Positions 31,098 through 41,156 are shown, counted from the stretch's first letter. The stretch is 64,000 nt of DNA from an uncultured Gammaproteobacteria bacterium (GCA_964371245.1 CAYJKP010000003.1:8986-72985); one strand, 5' to 3'. Numbers and translations are program-made. Notes: generated by a model not told the origin, from the letters alone.

Positions 31098-31529
31098 ATG
31101 CGTTATCTAAGCCAAAAACCCAAAGAAACGATTGCTTTTGCCAAGCGTGTCGCCTCCCGTTTACGCGGTGGCGACGTGGTGGTATTCTCCGGCGGTCTTG
31201 GCAGCGGAAAAACGACCTTTATGAAGGGGGTTGCGAATTCTTTTGGTATTCGTCAGGTTATCCAGAGTCCGACCTTTGTCATTGCTAAACTCTATCGTCT
31301 CAAAAAAAACACAAGCCGGATTCGAGCCAAATATCTTTTGCATATCGACGCCTACCGGGTAGCTGGTCGTTCGCAGTTGGCTGAGCTCGGCCTCAACGAT
31401 CTAATTGGTTCGCCTGACGTGATCACTTGTATTGAAAACCCGAAACGGTTATTTCGCAAACGCGATTATACCCATCGAATCGCGTTGCGGCTCGTTAATA
31501 CTGAGACGCGCTCGATCATCTTCCAATAA
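31098..31529 (+). CDS. tsaE: tRNA threonylcarbamoyladenosine biosynthesis ATPase TsaE (YjeE)
   Basis: GGLGSGKTTFMKG and SPTFVI motifs, 143 aa. Confidence 0.85.
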   Translation: MRYLSQKPKETIAFAKRVASRLRGGDVVVFSGGLGSGKTTFMKGVANSFGIRQVIQSPTFVIAKLYRLKKNTSRIRAKYLLHIDAYRVAGRSQLAELGLNDLIGSPDVITCIENPKRLFRKRDYTHRIALRLVNTETRSIIFQ

Positions 31530-31585
31530 GGCAACAGAAACTGTATAATAGAAACAGCTGAGAGTCTCAGTTTGATAATTCATCC

Positions 31586-31933
31586 TTGCCTATGTTCGCC
31601 CAGTTTCGTTCGGCGCGCCATTCACTAATGCGTCGGGCAGACAATTTACAGCGGCAGCAAAAGCGTTTTCGCCATAATTTTTCCGGCTTCGCGAAATGGA
31701 CGTGGTTTGAATCGGGCCGGGTTATATTACTCGTTCTTGCCTGCGTGGTATCGTTCCCTGTTTATTTGCTCCAACCGGACAACACTGGCTTTGCCCTCCT
31801 GGCCTGGCGCAGTGGCAGCGGCAAGTTCTCCGAATCATATCGTCAATACACCTTGCTGCGACGAATCACCCTGATCTTTGGTTTTTTGTTCGCGTTTTCG
31901 TTGATTCTCTGGGTGTCCAGTATTTTCATCTAA
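31586..31933 (+). CDS. hypothetical membrane protein
   Basis: 115 aa, two hydrophobic helices. Confidence 0.45.
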   Translation: MPMFAQFRSARHSLMRRADNLQRQQKRFRHNFSGFAKWTWFESGRVILLVLACVVSFPVYLLQPDNTGFALLAWRSGSGKFSESYRQYTLLRRITLIFGFLFAFSLILWVSSIFI

Positions 31934-31952
31934 AGGTTCTTACCGGAAAACA

Positions 31953-31978
31953 AAAAACGGCTGTCACGCCGTTTTTTT
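31953..31978. terminator. bidirectional rho-independent terminator
   Basis: AAAAAACGGC-TGTCAC-GCCGTTTTTTT. Confidence 0.75.
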
Positions 31979-31982
31979 GCTA

Positions 31983-32279
31983 TTAGGTGTGGCTCGCCGG
32001 CAGCGGCGCTTTGCTTGATACTTGGTCGCGCTCACTCGCGAGTTCTTTTGCCACCAAATCATCGACCACCATTTTTTCACGGTTGATGCTGATCACCTGA
32101 TCGCGCGACACGCAGAGGTGATGCTTAAAAATACCAGTGATTCCGTGTTTTGTCTTCACGAAGTAGCGGGTAATCCGCTGGCTGAGCTCATCAAGCTCAA
32201 AACCGTCGACGGCGCCAAGATGGGTTTCGGACTTGGTGTAGACCGGGAGTTGAATAAGCTCTTTATTGCTGAGTGACAT
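31983..32279 (-). CDS. PRC-barrel domain protein
   Basis: HLGAVDGFELDEL...DQVISINREKMVVDD resembles the PRC barrel; start taken at the internal Met (MSLSNKEL) to limit overlap with yidC (track start 32318). Confidence 0.5.
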   Translation of the reverse strand: MSLSNKELIQLPVYTKSETHLGAVDGFELDELSQRITRYFVKTKHGITGIFKHHLCVSRDQVISINREKMVVDDLVAKELASERDQVSSKAPLPASHT

Positions 32280-33030
32280 CGGTTTTTTCCTGGTGAAGGT
32301 GCCGGCGTAAAAAGACATACTGTTGAAGAACCTGGAACAACGTCGACGCTGCCCAATACAAGGTTAGGCCGGCTGGGAAGCTCACGCCAAAGATAAAAGT
32401 CATAATCGGCATCAAAAACATCATTTGCCGGTTCATGTTTTGCGCGAGATTTCCGCCTTTTGGCTTCGGCTGATGACGGATCATCATCCATGACTGCCAA
32501 TATTGCAGGACGGCGGCGAGCCCCGCTAACACATAGTTCTTTGTCTGCGTTAAATCAACAAAACCGAGAAAATGCGTATGGATCGGCGTGGTCGCATAAA
32601 CATCTCGGAGATAGGTATAAAGGTGTGTCAGTTGATTGGCCGGCAATATGCCGGTAGACGGATCAGTCCGTGAAACAGCGATAAAGACCTGGTATAACGC
32701 AATCAGGATTGGAAACTGGATGAGCAACGGCAGGCAAGATGAGAGCGGGTTTATCTTGTTTTCACGATAGAACTGAACCAGCTGTCGGCTCATTTCCTCT
32801 TTGTTGTTGGCGTATTTTTTTCTCAGGGCATCGAGCTTTGGCTGGATATCCTGCATTTTTTGCTGAGATTTGATCGACGATAGGGAGGGGAGATAGAGAA
32901 CAAGCTTTATAATCGCAGTTACGAGGATGATCGATATTCCCAGGTCATGCGGCGGCAGATAATGATAAATGATCATCAGCAAATTAAAGATTGGCTGAAA
33001 AAGAATGGTATTGAATATTTGTCCGATCAT
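32263..33030 (-). CDS. yidC: membrane protein insertase YidC (short Gram-positive/CPR type)
   Basis: 255 aa, five TM helices, conserved position next to yidD-rnpA-rpmH. Confidence 0.85.
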   Translation of the reverse strand: MIGQIFNTILFQPIFNLLMIIYHYLPPHDLGISIILVTAIIKLVLYLPSLSSIKSQQKMQDIQPKLDALRKKYANNKEEMSRQLVQFYRENKINPLSSCLPLLIQFPILIALYQVFIAVSRTDPSTGILPANQLTHLYTYLRDVYATTPIHTHFLGFVDLTQTKNYVLAGLAAVLQYWQSWMMIRHQPKPKGGNLAQNMNRQMMFLMPIMTFIFGVSFPAGLTLYWAASTLFQVLQQYVFLRRHLHQEKTDVTQQ

Positions 33031-33034
33031 ATTG

Positions 33035-33289
33035 TTACCTTACTGGGTCAATCCCGCCCTTCGAAAACGGGTTGCATTTTAATATTCGTACAAATCCTTT
33101 GTACGCACCGCGAATAAGTCCATGCTTTTCGATCGATTGATAGGCATAATCAGAGCACGTCGGGGAATACCGGCAATAGCCATACGGATGGAGGTGTAAC
33201 AATGGCCCATGATCAGGCGACAGGGTTTTTTGATACACAAATATCCCCTTTAGGACTGATTTCTTTATTATTTTACCTAATTTTAGCAT
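33035..33289 (-). CDS. yidD: membrane protein insertion efficiency factor YidD
   Basis: PYGYCRYSPTCSDYAYQSIEKHGLIRGAYKGFVRILKCNPFSKGGIDPV. Confidence 0.9.
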   Translation of the reverse strand: MLKLGKIIKKSVLKGIFVYQKTLSPDHGPLLHLHPYGYCRYSPTCSDYAYQSIEKHGLIRGAYKGFVRILKCNPFSKGGIDPVR

Positions 33290-33292
33290 ATT

Positions 33293-33631
33293 TTATAGTA
33301 ATGCGCTTCTTTTTAAAATAAATGCTATATCTTGATTTATTTCGCTAAAACTAGCCTTAATAATCGTTTTTTTCACAATAATCGCGCAGTCGTAGCCATT
33401 TTTTATTTTGGCTAGTTTTAGCCTTATTATTTCACTTATTCTTCTTTTTATGAGATTTCTGTCTGTGGCCTTCTTCGCTATCTTCTGAGAAACGACAATG
33501 CCGAATCTCGATGACGGCAAGCCGTTTTCTGCTTTTCGGATGACGGCATACTTCGAAAAAAAATGGGCTCCTTTTATATAGACCCGACGAAAATCACGGT
33601 CGTTCGTTAAGCGATGTGATCGGGGGAGCAT
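33293..33631 (-). CDS. rnpA: ribonuclease P protein component
   Basis: LPRSHRLTNDRDFRRVY...FGIVVSQKIAKKATDRNLIKRRI, 112 aa. Confidence 0.9.
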   Translation of the reverse strand: MLPRSHRLTNDRDFRRVYIKGAHFFSKYAVIRKAENGLPSSRFGIVVSQKIAKKATDRNLIKRRISEIIRLKLAKIKNGYDCAIIVKKTIIKASFSEINQDIAFILKRSALL

Positions 33632-33640
33632 GATGTTTTT

Positions 33641-33775
33641 CTAGACTGACAGCCGGCGTCTTTTCTTTAGCCTTCGACGACGCAAAATCGCTTTACCGTT
33701 TTTTGTGCTCATTCGTTGGCGGAAACCATGTTTTCGCGCGCGGCGTCTTTTTTTTGGCTGATAGGTTCGTTTCGG
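33641..33775 (-). CDS. rpmH: 50S ribosomal protein L34
   Basis: [45 protein letters not shown], 44 aa (the track ORF extends further upstream). Confidence 0.9.
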   Translation of the reverse strand, partial: PKRTYQPKKRRRARKHGFRQRMSTKNGKAILRRRRLKKRRRLSV

Positions 33776-33867
33776 CATAACTAAAAAGAATAATAATTTC
33801 GTGGTTATTCTACCAAGAAGTGTCGGTTTGGTCAACGATTATGTTTATTAGCCATTTCCTCCACCCC

Positions 33868-33876
33868 TCATCCACA
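33868..33876 (+). promoter_or_regulatory. DnaA-box-like 9-mer TCATCCACA in rpmH-dnaA spacer
   Basis: 8/9 match to TTATCCACA, upstream of dnaA. Confidence 0.35.
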
Positions 33877-33975
33877 TGTTATAAACCTTTTTTATTTAGA
33901 CAACCGTTTTATCTTCGGCGATTTCATGGTATAGTCTAGTTCTGAGTTTTTATTTTTTTGCTATATCGACGGGCT

Positions 33976-35358
33976 ATGACAAACGAACAACTCTGGGAAT
34001 CAGTACTTGGAGAATTAGAACTTACCCTAAGTAAAGCAAACTTCACAACCTGGTTTAAAAATACGTTTATTGCTTCGTATGACGAGAATATTGTTGTGAT
34101 CGCGGTACCAAATGCTTTTACAAAAACCTGGTTTGAAAACAAATACAACGCCCCAATTCAAAAAACGCTTCGGCACCTGACAAGCAATGAACATTTAGAG
34201 GTAACCTATAAAATTACCAGCGCCCATAATTACCGGGTGCGCGAACTTCAGTCAAATGATCTGGCTGGGCCATCGGCGGCGGCTCCTGAAACAAGCGCCG
34301 TGCCGGCCGAGGAAATAAACACCGGTCTGAGCGAGGGTGGTTTAAACCCACGCTATTCGTTCGATAATTTCATCGTCGGGAAGGGAAATGAGCTGGCCAA
34401 GGCAGCGGCCGTGGCCGTAGCCAATAAACTCGGGACTGTCTATAACCCGCTTTTTATTTATGGCGGGGTCGGCTTGGGTAAAACCCACCTCATGCAGGCG
34501 ATCGGCAACGAGGTACTGCAGAAGCAAAAAGGGAAACAGACATTGTACGTGACTTGTGAAAAATTTACGAGCGAATTTATCCAGGCGGTTGGACAAGGTA
34601 ATGCAGCTGATTTCAAAAATCGGTATCGCAACGTTGATGTCCTCCTAATTGACGACATTCAATTTCTGGCTGGCAAAGAAGGGACGCAGGAAGAGTTTTT
34701 TCATACGTTTAACGCCCTCCATCACGCCAACAAACAAGTAGTCATTAGCTCTGATCGACCGCCGAAGGCCATCCCAGCGCTCGAAAATAGGCTGATATCG
34801 CGTTTTGAATGGGGGATGATCGTTGATATCTCGCAGCCCGACTTTGAAACGCGTATGGCAATTCTTGAATTAAAATGCTCCAGCAAGAAACGCGTTTTAG
34901 ACCAAAAAATACTGCATTTTATTGCTAATTCTGTCCAAAACAACATTCGCGAACTCGAGGGCGCCCTGAATAGAATCCTCGCCTACCATGAACTTAATAA
35001 CACCGAGCCAACCCTTGATTCGACGCGCGCCCTACTTTCGAACATTACCAGTCGACCAAAGAAAGGAGCGGTCGTCCCAAAACACGTTATTCAAACGGTA
35101 GCGAGTTTTTATGATATTCAGATTGAGGATATTACCGGCGCCAGCCGTAAAAAAGAGCTCGTTGTTCCTCGACAAATGATTATGTTTCTGTTACGCGAAG
35201 AGGTGGGGTGTTCCTACCCGCTGATTGGCCAGGAGCTTGGCGGGCGCGATCACACCACCGCCATGCACGCACACACAAAAATTAAAAACGAATTACAAAC
35301 CAACGAAAAACTCAACCAAGACATACAGCTCATCAAGCAGCGTTTATATAATATGTAA
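33976..35358 (+). CDS. dnaA: chromosomal replication initiator DnaA
   Basis: MTNEQLWESVLGELE N-terminus; AAA+ Walker A GGVGLGKTHL; Walker B LLIDDIQF; C-terminal DNA-binding helix-turn-helix (track start TTG 33958). Confidence 0.95.
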   Translation: MTNEQLWESVLGELELTLSKANFTTWFKNTFIASYDENIVVIAVPNAFTKTWFENKYNAPIQKTLRHLTSNEHLEVTYKITSAHNYRVRELQSNDLAGPSAAAPETSAVPAEEINTGLSEGGLNPRYSFDNFIVGKGNELAKAAAVAVANKLGTVYNPLFIYGGVGLGKTHLMQAIGNEVLQKQKGKQTLYVTCEKFTSEFIQAVGQGNAADFKNRYRNVDVLLIDDIQFLAGKEGTQEEFFHTFNALHHANKQVVISSDRPPKAIPALENRLISRFEWGMIVDISQPDFETRMAILELKCSSKKRVLDQKILHFIANSVQNNIRELEGALNRILAYHELNNTEPTLDSTRALLSNITSRPKKGAVVPKHVIQTVASFYDIQIEDITGASRKKELVVPRQMIMFLLREEVGCSYPLIGQELGGRDHTTAMHAHTKIKNELQTNEKLNQDIQLIKQRLYNM

Positions 35359-35590
35359 GCCTGTGCAGGATGTGTGGGCGGTGTGTGACTCGATTGTGTG
35401 AAAATTCTTGCTCCTTCTATCTCCAATAAAACTTATCCCGCTTGTACGCCCGCATCATGCACGAATCCTCCCTCGCTTGCCCACATGCCAAATCGTTGTT
35501 TCATCAATCTGGGCGGGACGAATGTGATCGCTCGATGAGTTATCAACGTCTCTATATCTATTACTATATTTATTAATCTCCCTAAGCTAT
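35359..35590. promoter_or_regulatory. candidate oriC (degenerate DnaA boxes + AT-rich unwinding element)
   Basis: TGTGTG(G/A) repeats, CTTATCCCG, GTTATCAAC, TTGCCCACA (7/9 matches to the DnaA box) followed by TATATCTATTACTATATTTATTAATCTC. Confidence 0.4.
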
Positions 35591-36694
35591 ATGAAATTCT
35601 CTTGTCTCCAGGAAAATTTAAACAAAGGTCTGGCTCATGTCGGACACCTCGCAAGCAAAAATGTTTCTTTGCCGATTTTGAACAACATCATGATTCAATG
35701 CGAGAACGGAGCTATCAAACTTTCGGCAACGAATCTCGAGGTTGGCGTCAACACGATTATTCGTGGCAAGGTTGAGGCCGAGGGTAAATTAACGATACCA
35801 GCTCGTACCATCTCGGATTATGTTTCGTTGTTGTCTGACTCAAAAGTTGAGGTGGTGAGCGAGGGGCTTGAGCTGAAGATTGCTACCAAGAACGCCCGCA
35901 CAACCATCAAGGGCCAATCCGCCGATGAGTTTCCCTTGATCCCGAAAATAGAGCATAAAAACCCCTACCAAGTTCACACGAAAGACCTCAAAAAGGCTTT
36001 AAATCAAGTGGTTTACGCGGTGGCACAAGATGAATCACGGCCTGAAATAAGTGGTGTTTTTTTCAGTTTTTCGGGTAATTATCTGACGGTTGTGGCGACG
36101 GACAGTTATCGCTTGGCTGAGCGAAAAATTAAACTCGTTCAGCCAGCCAAAGAGACGGTTGAATTAATTGTGCCAACCCGGACGATCCAGGAATTGACAC
36201 GCATTATTGGCGAGGGGGCCGAAACGGTCGAAATGTACTTTACTGAAAATCAAATTCTTTTCGTCTGCGAAGGCATTGAGTTAATCTCTCGGGTGATTGA
36301 GGGGCGCTATCCGGATTATAAACAGATTATTCCGCAAGAACATAAAACACTGGCGACGTTTGATAAAGAAGAAATGATTAAGGCGGTGAAGTCGGCTGCG
36401 TTGTTTTCGAAATCCGGCATCAACGACGTCAGTCTAAAAATCCAACCGGACAAGCATCAGTTGGTTGTGGCTTCAACAAACGCCCAGCTCGGTGAAAGCA
36501 TAACTGAGGTACCAGCCGAAATTGAGGGCGACGCGAACGAGGGTGTATTTAATTATCGTTATCTCATTGACGGTCTTCAGAATCTTGATGTTGACGGCGT
36601 TATGCTGGCGTTAATCGATGGGGCTAATCCCGGCACCCTTCGGGCGAAGAGTGGTACTGACTTTCTCTACATCATTATGCCGATAAAACAGTAG
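35591..36694 (+). CDS. dnaN: DNA polymerase III beta sliding clamp
   Basis: MKFSCLQENLNKGL start, three-domain length 367 aa, position after dnaA. Confidence 0.9.
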   Translation: MKFSCLQENLNKGLAHVGHLASKNVSLPILNNIMIQCENGAIKLSATNLEVGVNTIIRGKVEAEGKLTIPARTISDYVSLLSDSKVEVVSEGLELKIATKNARTTIKGQSADEFPLIPKIEHKNPYQVHTKDLKKALNQVVYAVAQDESRPEISGVFFSFSGNYLTVVATDSYRLAERKIKLVQPAKETVELIVPTRTIQELTRIIGEGAETVEMYFTENQILFVCEGIELISRVIEGRYPDYKQIIPQEHKTLATFDKEEMIKAVKSAALFSKSGINDVSLKIQPDKHQLVVASTNAQLGESITEVPAEIEGDANEGVFNYRYLIDGLQNLDVDGVMLALIDGANPGTLRAKSGTDFLYIIMPIKQ

Positions 36695-36696
36695 GC

Positions 36697-36990
36697 ATGG
36701 AACGGTTGTCCCCTCAGCATCTCAATATCTCGCTCGCCCGCGCAAAAATTAAGCCGCAGGTTGAAGCGTCGCAAGTCCTTGAATATTTTGAAACACTCCT
36801 GATTGAACAGTGGGGCAAAAAAGTAGTGACGAAAGTGAAGCCGCTGTCGCTGATCGACGGAACGCTCCGGGTGGCGGTACTCAGTTCGGTGTTGGCGGGC
36901 GAGGTGCGTCTGCGTGAACACCAGCTATTAAAAAAAATAAACCAGCGCTATTGTCTGGCCAAGGCAAAGAAGATCGTGTTGGAAATATAA
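36697..36990 (+). CDS. DUF721/DciA-like protein (putative replicative-helicase loader/operator)
   Basis: QWGKKVVTKVKPLSLIDGTLRVAVLSSVLAGEVRLREHQLLKKINQ fits the DUF721 pattern W..vG...t.pv.l.dG.L.V.v.s...a.EL; 97 aa, immediately after dnaN. Confidence 0.55.
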   Translation: MERLSPQHLNISLARAKIKPQVEASQVLEYFETLLIEQWGKKVVTKVKPLSLIDGTLRVAVLSSVLAGEVRLREHQLLKKINQRYCLAKAKKIVLEI

Positions 36991-39867
36991 TTATTCGATC
37001 GTGACCGTACGGTAGTCGCTGAGATCGGTTGTGCCGTCCTCGAGTTTCACCTCAAGATAGAGGCGATATGAACCAGCGGGCGGGGCGGCGGCCCAGGTGA
37101 CCTGAAAGCGATTCGAGGTAAGCTCGGTCGTTTTTTGTATTAATTGCGGTTCGGTGCCGAGCAGGTAGACGGCGACCGAGGTAATACTCTTCGGATGGTA
37201 CGCATAGCCAGAGATGGTAAATGGAAAATCAGCCTGTGTGAGAGCGGCGTTTTGTGTTGGGGTGGTGAAGGTGTAGGTTGGGCTTTCGCTCGAGAGGAGT
37301 AGGTTGAGCGTCCGGTCGATTTCGACGACACCACCGCTTTTATCGTAAAACAGCGATTTTAAAGTATAAAAACCGTTCGTTTTTTTTGAGACGTCTGCTT
37401 CAAATGAAAACGGCGACTCAGTCAGGCTACCCAGTTTTGTTGAATCAAGATACAGTTCAACGCGATCAAGCTTGTACGCAGCGTCGACGCGTACGGTAAT
37501 TTTTAGCGGCGAGCTGGTGATAACGGCATTGTCGGCGGGCGAGAGCACGGCGACCGCGTCTTTTTCTTTGCTGCCATCTTTGCGCAGGCTGCAACTTTCT
37601 TTTTCAAGGGGTTTGCTCGAAGTGACATAGCCGGGTTGACCACCTGCCCAGCGCTGAACCCCCTCTTCCCAGCGATTGAATTGAGGGTCCTTCTGCGGAT
37701 CGGAGGGTGCTGGGTCGAGCGGTTTATCTTTATTGACGTAATACAAAATGGTGTGCGTTTCTTTGTAGGTCTTTTCGGCAATGTACTCTTTCGGATAGGT
37801 GTTAAGGCATTCGTCGGGAATAACCCGGCCGGTCAGAGAATCAACCTTCACCGTGTGAACTTCATCAATTTGACCATTGAGCATCATCTTGTCGGTATTG
37901 ATGGATTTCGGCGGTTTAAACGTCTCGGAGGGCGTGCCGGCGAGCAGGGTTTCCATAAATTGATGCCAGATCGGCGCGGCCACAACGACGCCGTCCGCCC
38001 CGCTTTTCATCTCCGTGTTGTCGTTATTGCCCACCCAAACACCGGCGGCCAACGATGGGGTGTAGCCAATTGTCCAGGCGTCTCGGAAATCGTTCGTCGT
38101 ACCGGTTTTTGCGGCCACGACGCGGTCTGAAAGAATCAGCGGACTGCGACCGCCAAAAATAAAGCTCCGGGCGTTATTGTCAGTCAGAATACTGTTTATA
38201 TTTCTGGCTACTTCTTCATCCAAGACGCGCGATTCCTCGGGTTTGGATTCTTCGAGCACCTTCCCGTCTTTGTCCTCAACTTTAAGAATCGCCACGGTCG
38301 GATGCCGCAGGCCTTCGCGAGCGAAGACAGAAAACGCGCTGACATGCTCTAACAATTTAACTTCGCCACCGCCTAAGACCAGAGAAAGGCCGTAGCGTTC
38401 TTCGTCGTTCAGGGTGGAATATCCCATCGCGTGAGCGTTTTCGAGTACGTTTTTGAGGCCGGCTAAATATAATGTTTTCACCGCCGGGATATTTAATGAA
38501 CCAGCCAGCGCTTGGCGCATTGAAACCGGTCCATGCTCGCGGCCGTCGTAGTTGTGGGGCGTATAATTACCGAAGTTTGTCGTTACGTCGAAAAGCATGG
38601 TTTGTGGGCTGTAGCCCTTGCTAAAGGCAGTGGCGTACACAATTGGTTTGAAGGACGAGCCGGGTTGGCGCGGGCGCAGGGCGACATCAACGTTTCCGTC
38701 ATGTTCAGTGTCGAAATAATCAGCCGAACCGACCAAACTTAGAATCTCGCCGGTTTTCGGGTCGAGCGCGACAAGCGAGGCGTTTGAGCCGTTATACTGG
38801 CGCACCTTGGCCATCCCGTCCGTGATCGCTTTTTCGGCAGCGTCTTGCTTGTACATGTCTAACGTGGTTGTTACCTTCAAACCGCCTTGTTCGACAAGTT
38901 TTTCGCCGTATTTTTCAGTCAGCAATTCTTTGACGTAGAAAACGAAATGCGGCGCCTCGATATTTTCGCGAAGCTTTTTGAACTCAAGCTTAGAATCTTT
39001 CGCCTCGGCGGCCTGGTCTTTTGTAATATACCCAAGCTCGGCCATCTGATCGATAATATATTGCTGGCGGCCGATCAACTCATCGACGTGACTGCCAAAC
39101 GGGGAATAGTAGGTTGGCGATTTCGGGAGGGCGGCGATAATTGCCGCCTCGGCCAAATTTAAGTTTTTAGCGCTTTTGCCGAAATAGGTTTGGGCCGCCG
39201 ATTCGACGCCATAGGCAACCGACCCGTACGGAATTTCGTTGAAATACATCTTTAATATCTGGTCTTTTGAAAACTTCCGCTCGATCTGATAGGCTAATAC
39301 CCACTCTTTAATTTTGCGTGTGATTTTTTTATCCGGACCGAGAATGGCATTTTTTACGAGCTGTTGTGTGATCGTTGAACCGCCCGGTCGCCGCTGTCCG
39401 ATTGAGGTGACGTTTATCCATACCGCCCGAATCAAGCCGGTAATTGACACGCCCTTGTGTTCATAGAACTGGCGATCCTCGGCGACAATGGTAGCATTTT
39501 TTAAATTATCCGGAATATCTTCAAGTTGGACAATCGTTCGTTTCTCGTCGCCGTGTATTTCATACAAAATTTGCGTGCCCGTGCGGTCATAGATTCTGGT
39601 GCTCTGGGCGACATTTCGGGTCAAGAGCTTGTTCGGGTCAGGCAGGTCGCGGCTAAACCAGGCAAACGCGCCAACAACAATAATGCCGCCGAGCAGAATC
39701 AGTATCACCGCAACTACCACGGCTCGCCGCCACCACCAAAAACGCGGACGAAGTTTTTTATCTGCTGGTTTGGGCTTCTCTTCCGCGTTCGTGGCCTTCC
39801 AAGTTTTCTGATATGGGGTGAGTTGGGGGATTGGCATAATAGGGCGAAGATAAGACAAAAAATCCAA
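36991..39867 (-). CDS. class A penicillin-binding protein (PBP1A: GT51 transglycosylase + transpeptidase) with C-terminal Ig-like extension
   Basis: GT51 motifs EDRQFYEHKG, transpeptidase SSFKP/SLN/KTGTT; ~230-aa C-terminal beta-rich tail. Confidence 0.9.
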   Translation of the reverse strand: MDFLSYLRPIMPIPQLTPYQKTWKATNAEEKPKPADKKLRPRFWWWRRAVVVAVILILLGGIIVVGAFAWFSRDLPDPNKLLTRNVAQSTRIYDRTGTQILYEIHGDEKRTIVQLEDIPDNLKNATIVAEDRQFYEHKGVSITGLIRAVWINVTSIGQRRPGGSTITQQLVKNAILGPDKKITRKIKEWVLAYQIERKFSKDQILKMYFNEIPYGSVAYGVESAAQTYFGKSAKNLNLAEAAIIAALPKSPTYYSPFGSHVDELIGRQQYIIDQMAELGYITKDQAAEAKDSKLEFKKLRENIEAPHFVFYVKELLTEKYGEKLVEQGGLKVTTTLDMYKQDAAEKAITDGMAKVRQYNGSNASLVALDPKTGEILSLVGSADYFDTEHDGNVDVALRPRQPGSSFKPIVYATAFSKGYSPQTMLFDVTTNFGNYTPHNYDGREHGPVSMRQALAGSLNIPAVKTLYLAGLKNVLENAHAMGYSTLNDEERYGLSLVLGGGEVKLLEHVSAFSVFAREGLRHPTVAILKVEDKDGKVLEESKPEESRVLDEEVARNINSILTDNNARSFIFGGRSPLILSDRVVAAKTGTTNDFRDAWTIGYTPSLAAGVWVGNNDNTEMKSGADGVVVAAPIWHQFMETLLAGTPSETFKPPKSINTDKMMLNGQIDEVHTVKVDSLTGRVIPDECLNTYPKEYIAEKTYKETHTILYYVNKDKPLDPAPSDPQKDPQFNRWEEGVQRWAGGQPGYVTSSKPLEKESCSLRKDGSKEKDAVAVLSPADNAVITSSPLKITVRVDAAYKLDRVELYLDSTKLGSLTESPFSFEADVSKKTNGFYTLKSLFYDKSGGVVEIDRTLNLLLSSESPTYTFTTPTQNAALTQADFPFTISGYAYHPKSITSVAVYLLGTEPQLIQKTTELTSNRFQVTWAAAPPAGSYRLYLEVKLEDGTTDLSDYRTVTIE

Positions 39868-39880
39868 TAACTAACTAGCT

Positions 39881-41110
39881 TTGTCATTATACCAAAAGTC
39901 GACTATAATTATAAGTACTATGGCGACAAAACGAAAAACACCTGAAGACTTGCTTAGCCGCGGGGTTGAGGAGATAATCCAGCGTTCGAGCCTGGAGGAG
40001 AAACTCCGCAGCGGGCGGCCGTTGCGCATCAAGCACGGCGTCGACCCGACGACCCAAGACCTTCATTTGGGCTATGCGACGGTCTACCAGAAACTCCGGG
40101 CGTTTCAAGAACTTGGCCACACCATTATTTTTTTAGTCGGCGATTTTACCGCTCGATTTGGCGATCCGACGGATCGCGTTCAACAACGACAGCTTCGTGC
40201 CAAAGACGACATTGAGGCCAAAGCGCAAAGCTACATCAATCAAATTGGAAAAATACTAGATATCAAGAAAACGGAAATCCGCCGAAACTCTGAATGGTAC
40301 GAGAAAATGTCAGCCGAAGAACTTCTCCAGCTGCTGTCCCGGTTTACCGTCTCCCGCCTGTTGGAGCGGGACATGTTTGAAAAACGGCTCAAGGCGAAAA
40401 AAGAAATTGGCTACCACGAACCCGTTTACCCGATTCTCCAGGCCTACGACTCGGTTCAGCTGCAATCAGATTTTACGGTCATTGGCACGGACCAAAAGTT
40501 TAACGAACTCCAGGGCCGGATTTTGCAGAAAGAATTCGGCCAGGCGCCGCAGGACGTCATGACAATGAAGCTGCTGGTCGGCACCGACGGACAGCGCAAG
40601 ATGAGCCAGAGCCTCGGCAACTACATCGGCATCACCGAATCGGGAAATGAAATGTACGGCAAGGTCATGTCGATACCGGACTCAGTCATCCTTCATTATT
40701 TTGAACTAGCCACCCAGGTGCCGCTCAGCGAGTTAAAAACGATCAAGGAATCAATCGCGGGCGGCGAGAATCCCAGAAACATCAAGGCGCGCCTGGCCAA
40801 GGAGATTGTCCAGCAATACCACGGCGCGGCCGAAGCCAAGAGGGCGGCGGCTGAATTTGACCGTGTGTTCCGGGACAAGCAAACGCCTAAAGAAACCATC
40901 GCCTACGCGGCGCCTAAGCGCCCCGTCACCCTTTCGGACGTGCTGGTTGAGACAAAACAGGTGTCCAGCAAGTCCGAGGCGCGCCGTTTGATAGAACAAG
41001 GCGGCGTTAAGATAGACGGCCGGCCGCACCTCGACTGGCAGCGCCCGGTAAGCCTAAAAAAGGGAATGGTTGTCCAGGCCGGGAAGCGGAAGTTTATAAA
41101 GATTCAATAG
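39881..41110 (+). CDS. tyrS: tyrosine--tRNA ligase
   Basis: HLGY (HIGH), KMSQSLGN (KMSKS), C-terminal S4 domain; alt. start 39920. Confidence 0.85.
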   Translation: MSLYQKSTIIISTMATKRKTPEDLLSRGVEEIIQRSSLEEKLRSGRPLRIKHGVDPTTQDLHLGYATVYQKLRAFQELGHTIIFLVGDFTARFGDPTDRVQQRQLRAKDDIEAKAQSYINQIGKILDIKKTEIRRNSEWYEKMSAEELLQLLSRFTVSRLLERDMFEKRLKAKKEIGYHEPVYPILQAYDSVQLQSDFTVIGTDQKFNELQGRILQKEFGQAPQDVMTMKLLVGTDGQRKMSQSLGNYIGITESGNEMYGKVMSIPDSVILHYFELATQVPLSELKTIKESIAGGENPRNIKARLAKEIVQQYHGAAEAKRAAAEFDRVFRDKQTPKETIAYAAPKRPVTLSDVLVETKQVSSKSEARRLIEQGGVKIDGRPHLDWQRPVSLKKGMVVQAGKRKFIKIQ

Positions 41111-41121
41111 ACTTTCAATAT

Positions 41122-41156
41122 AAATAACGCGGACAAGAGGATGCCGCGTTATTTAT
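41122..41156 (+). terminator. rho-independent terminator after tyrS
   Basis: ATAACGCGG-ACAAGAGGATG-CCGCGTTAT then TTATAT. Confidence 0.6.
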
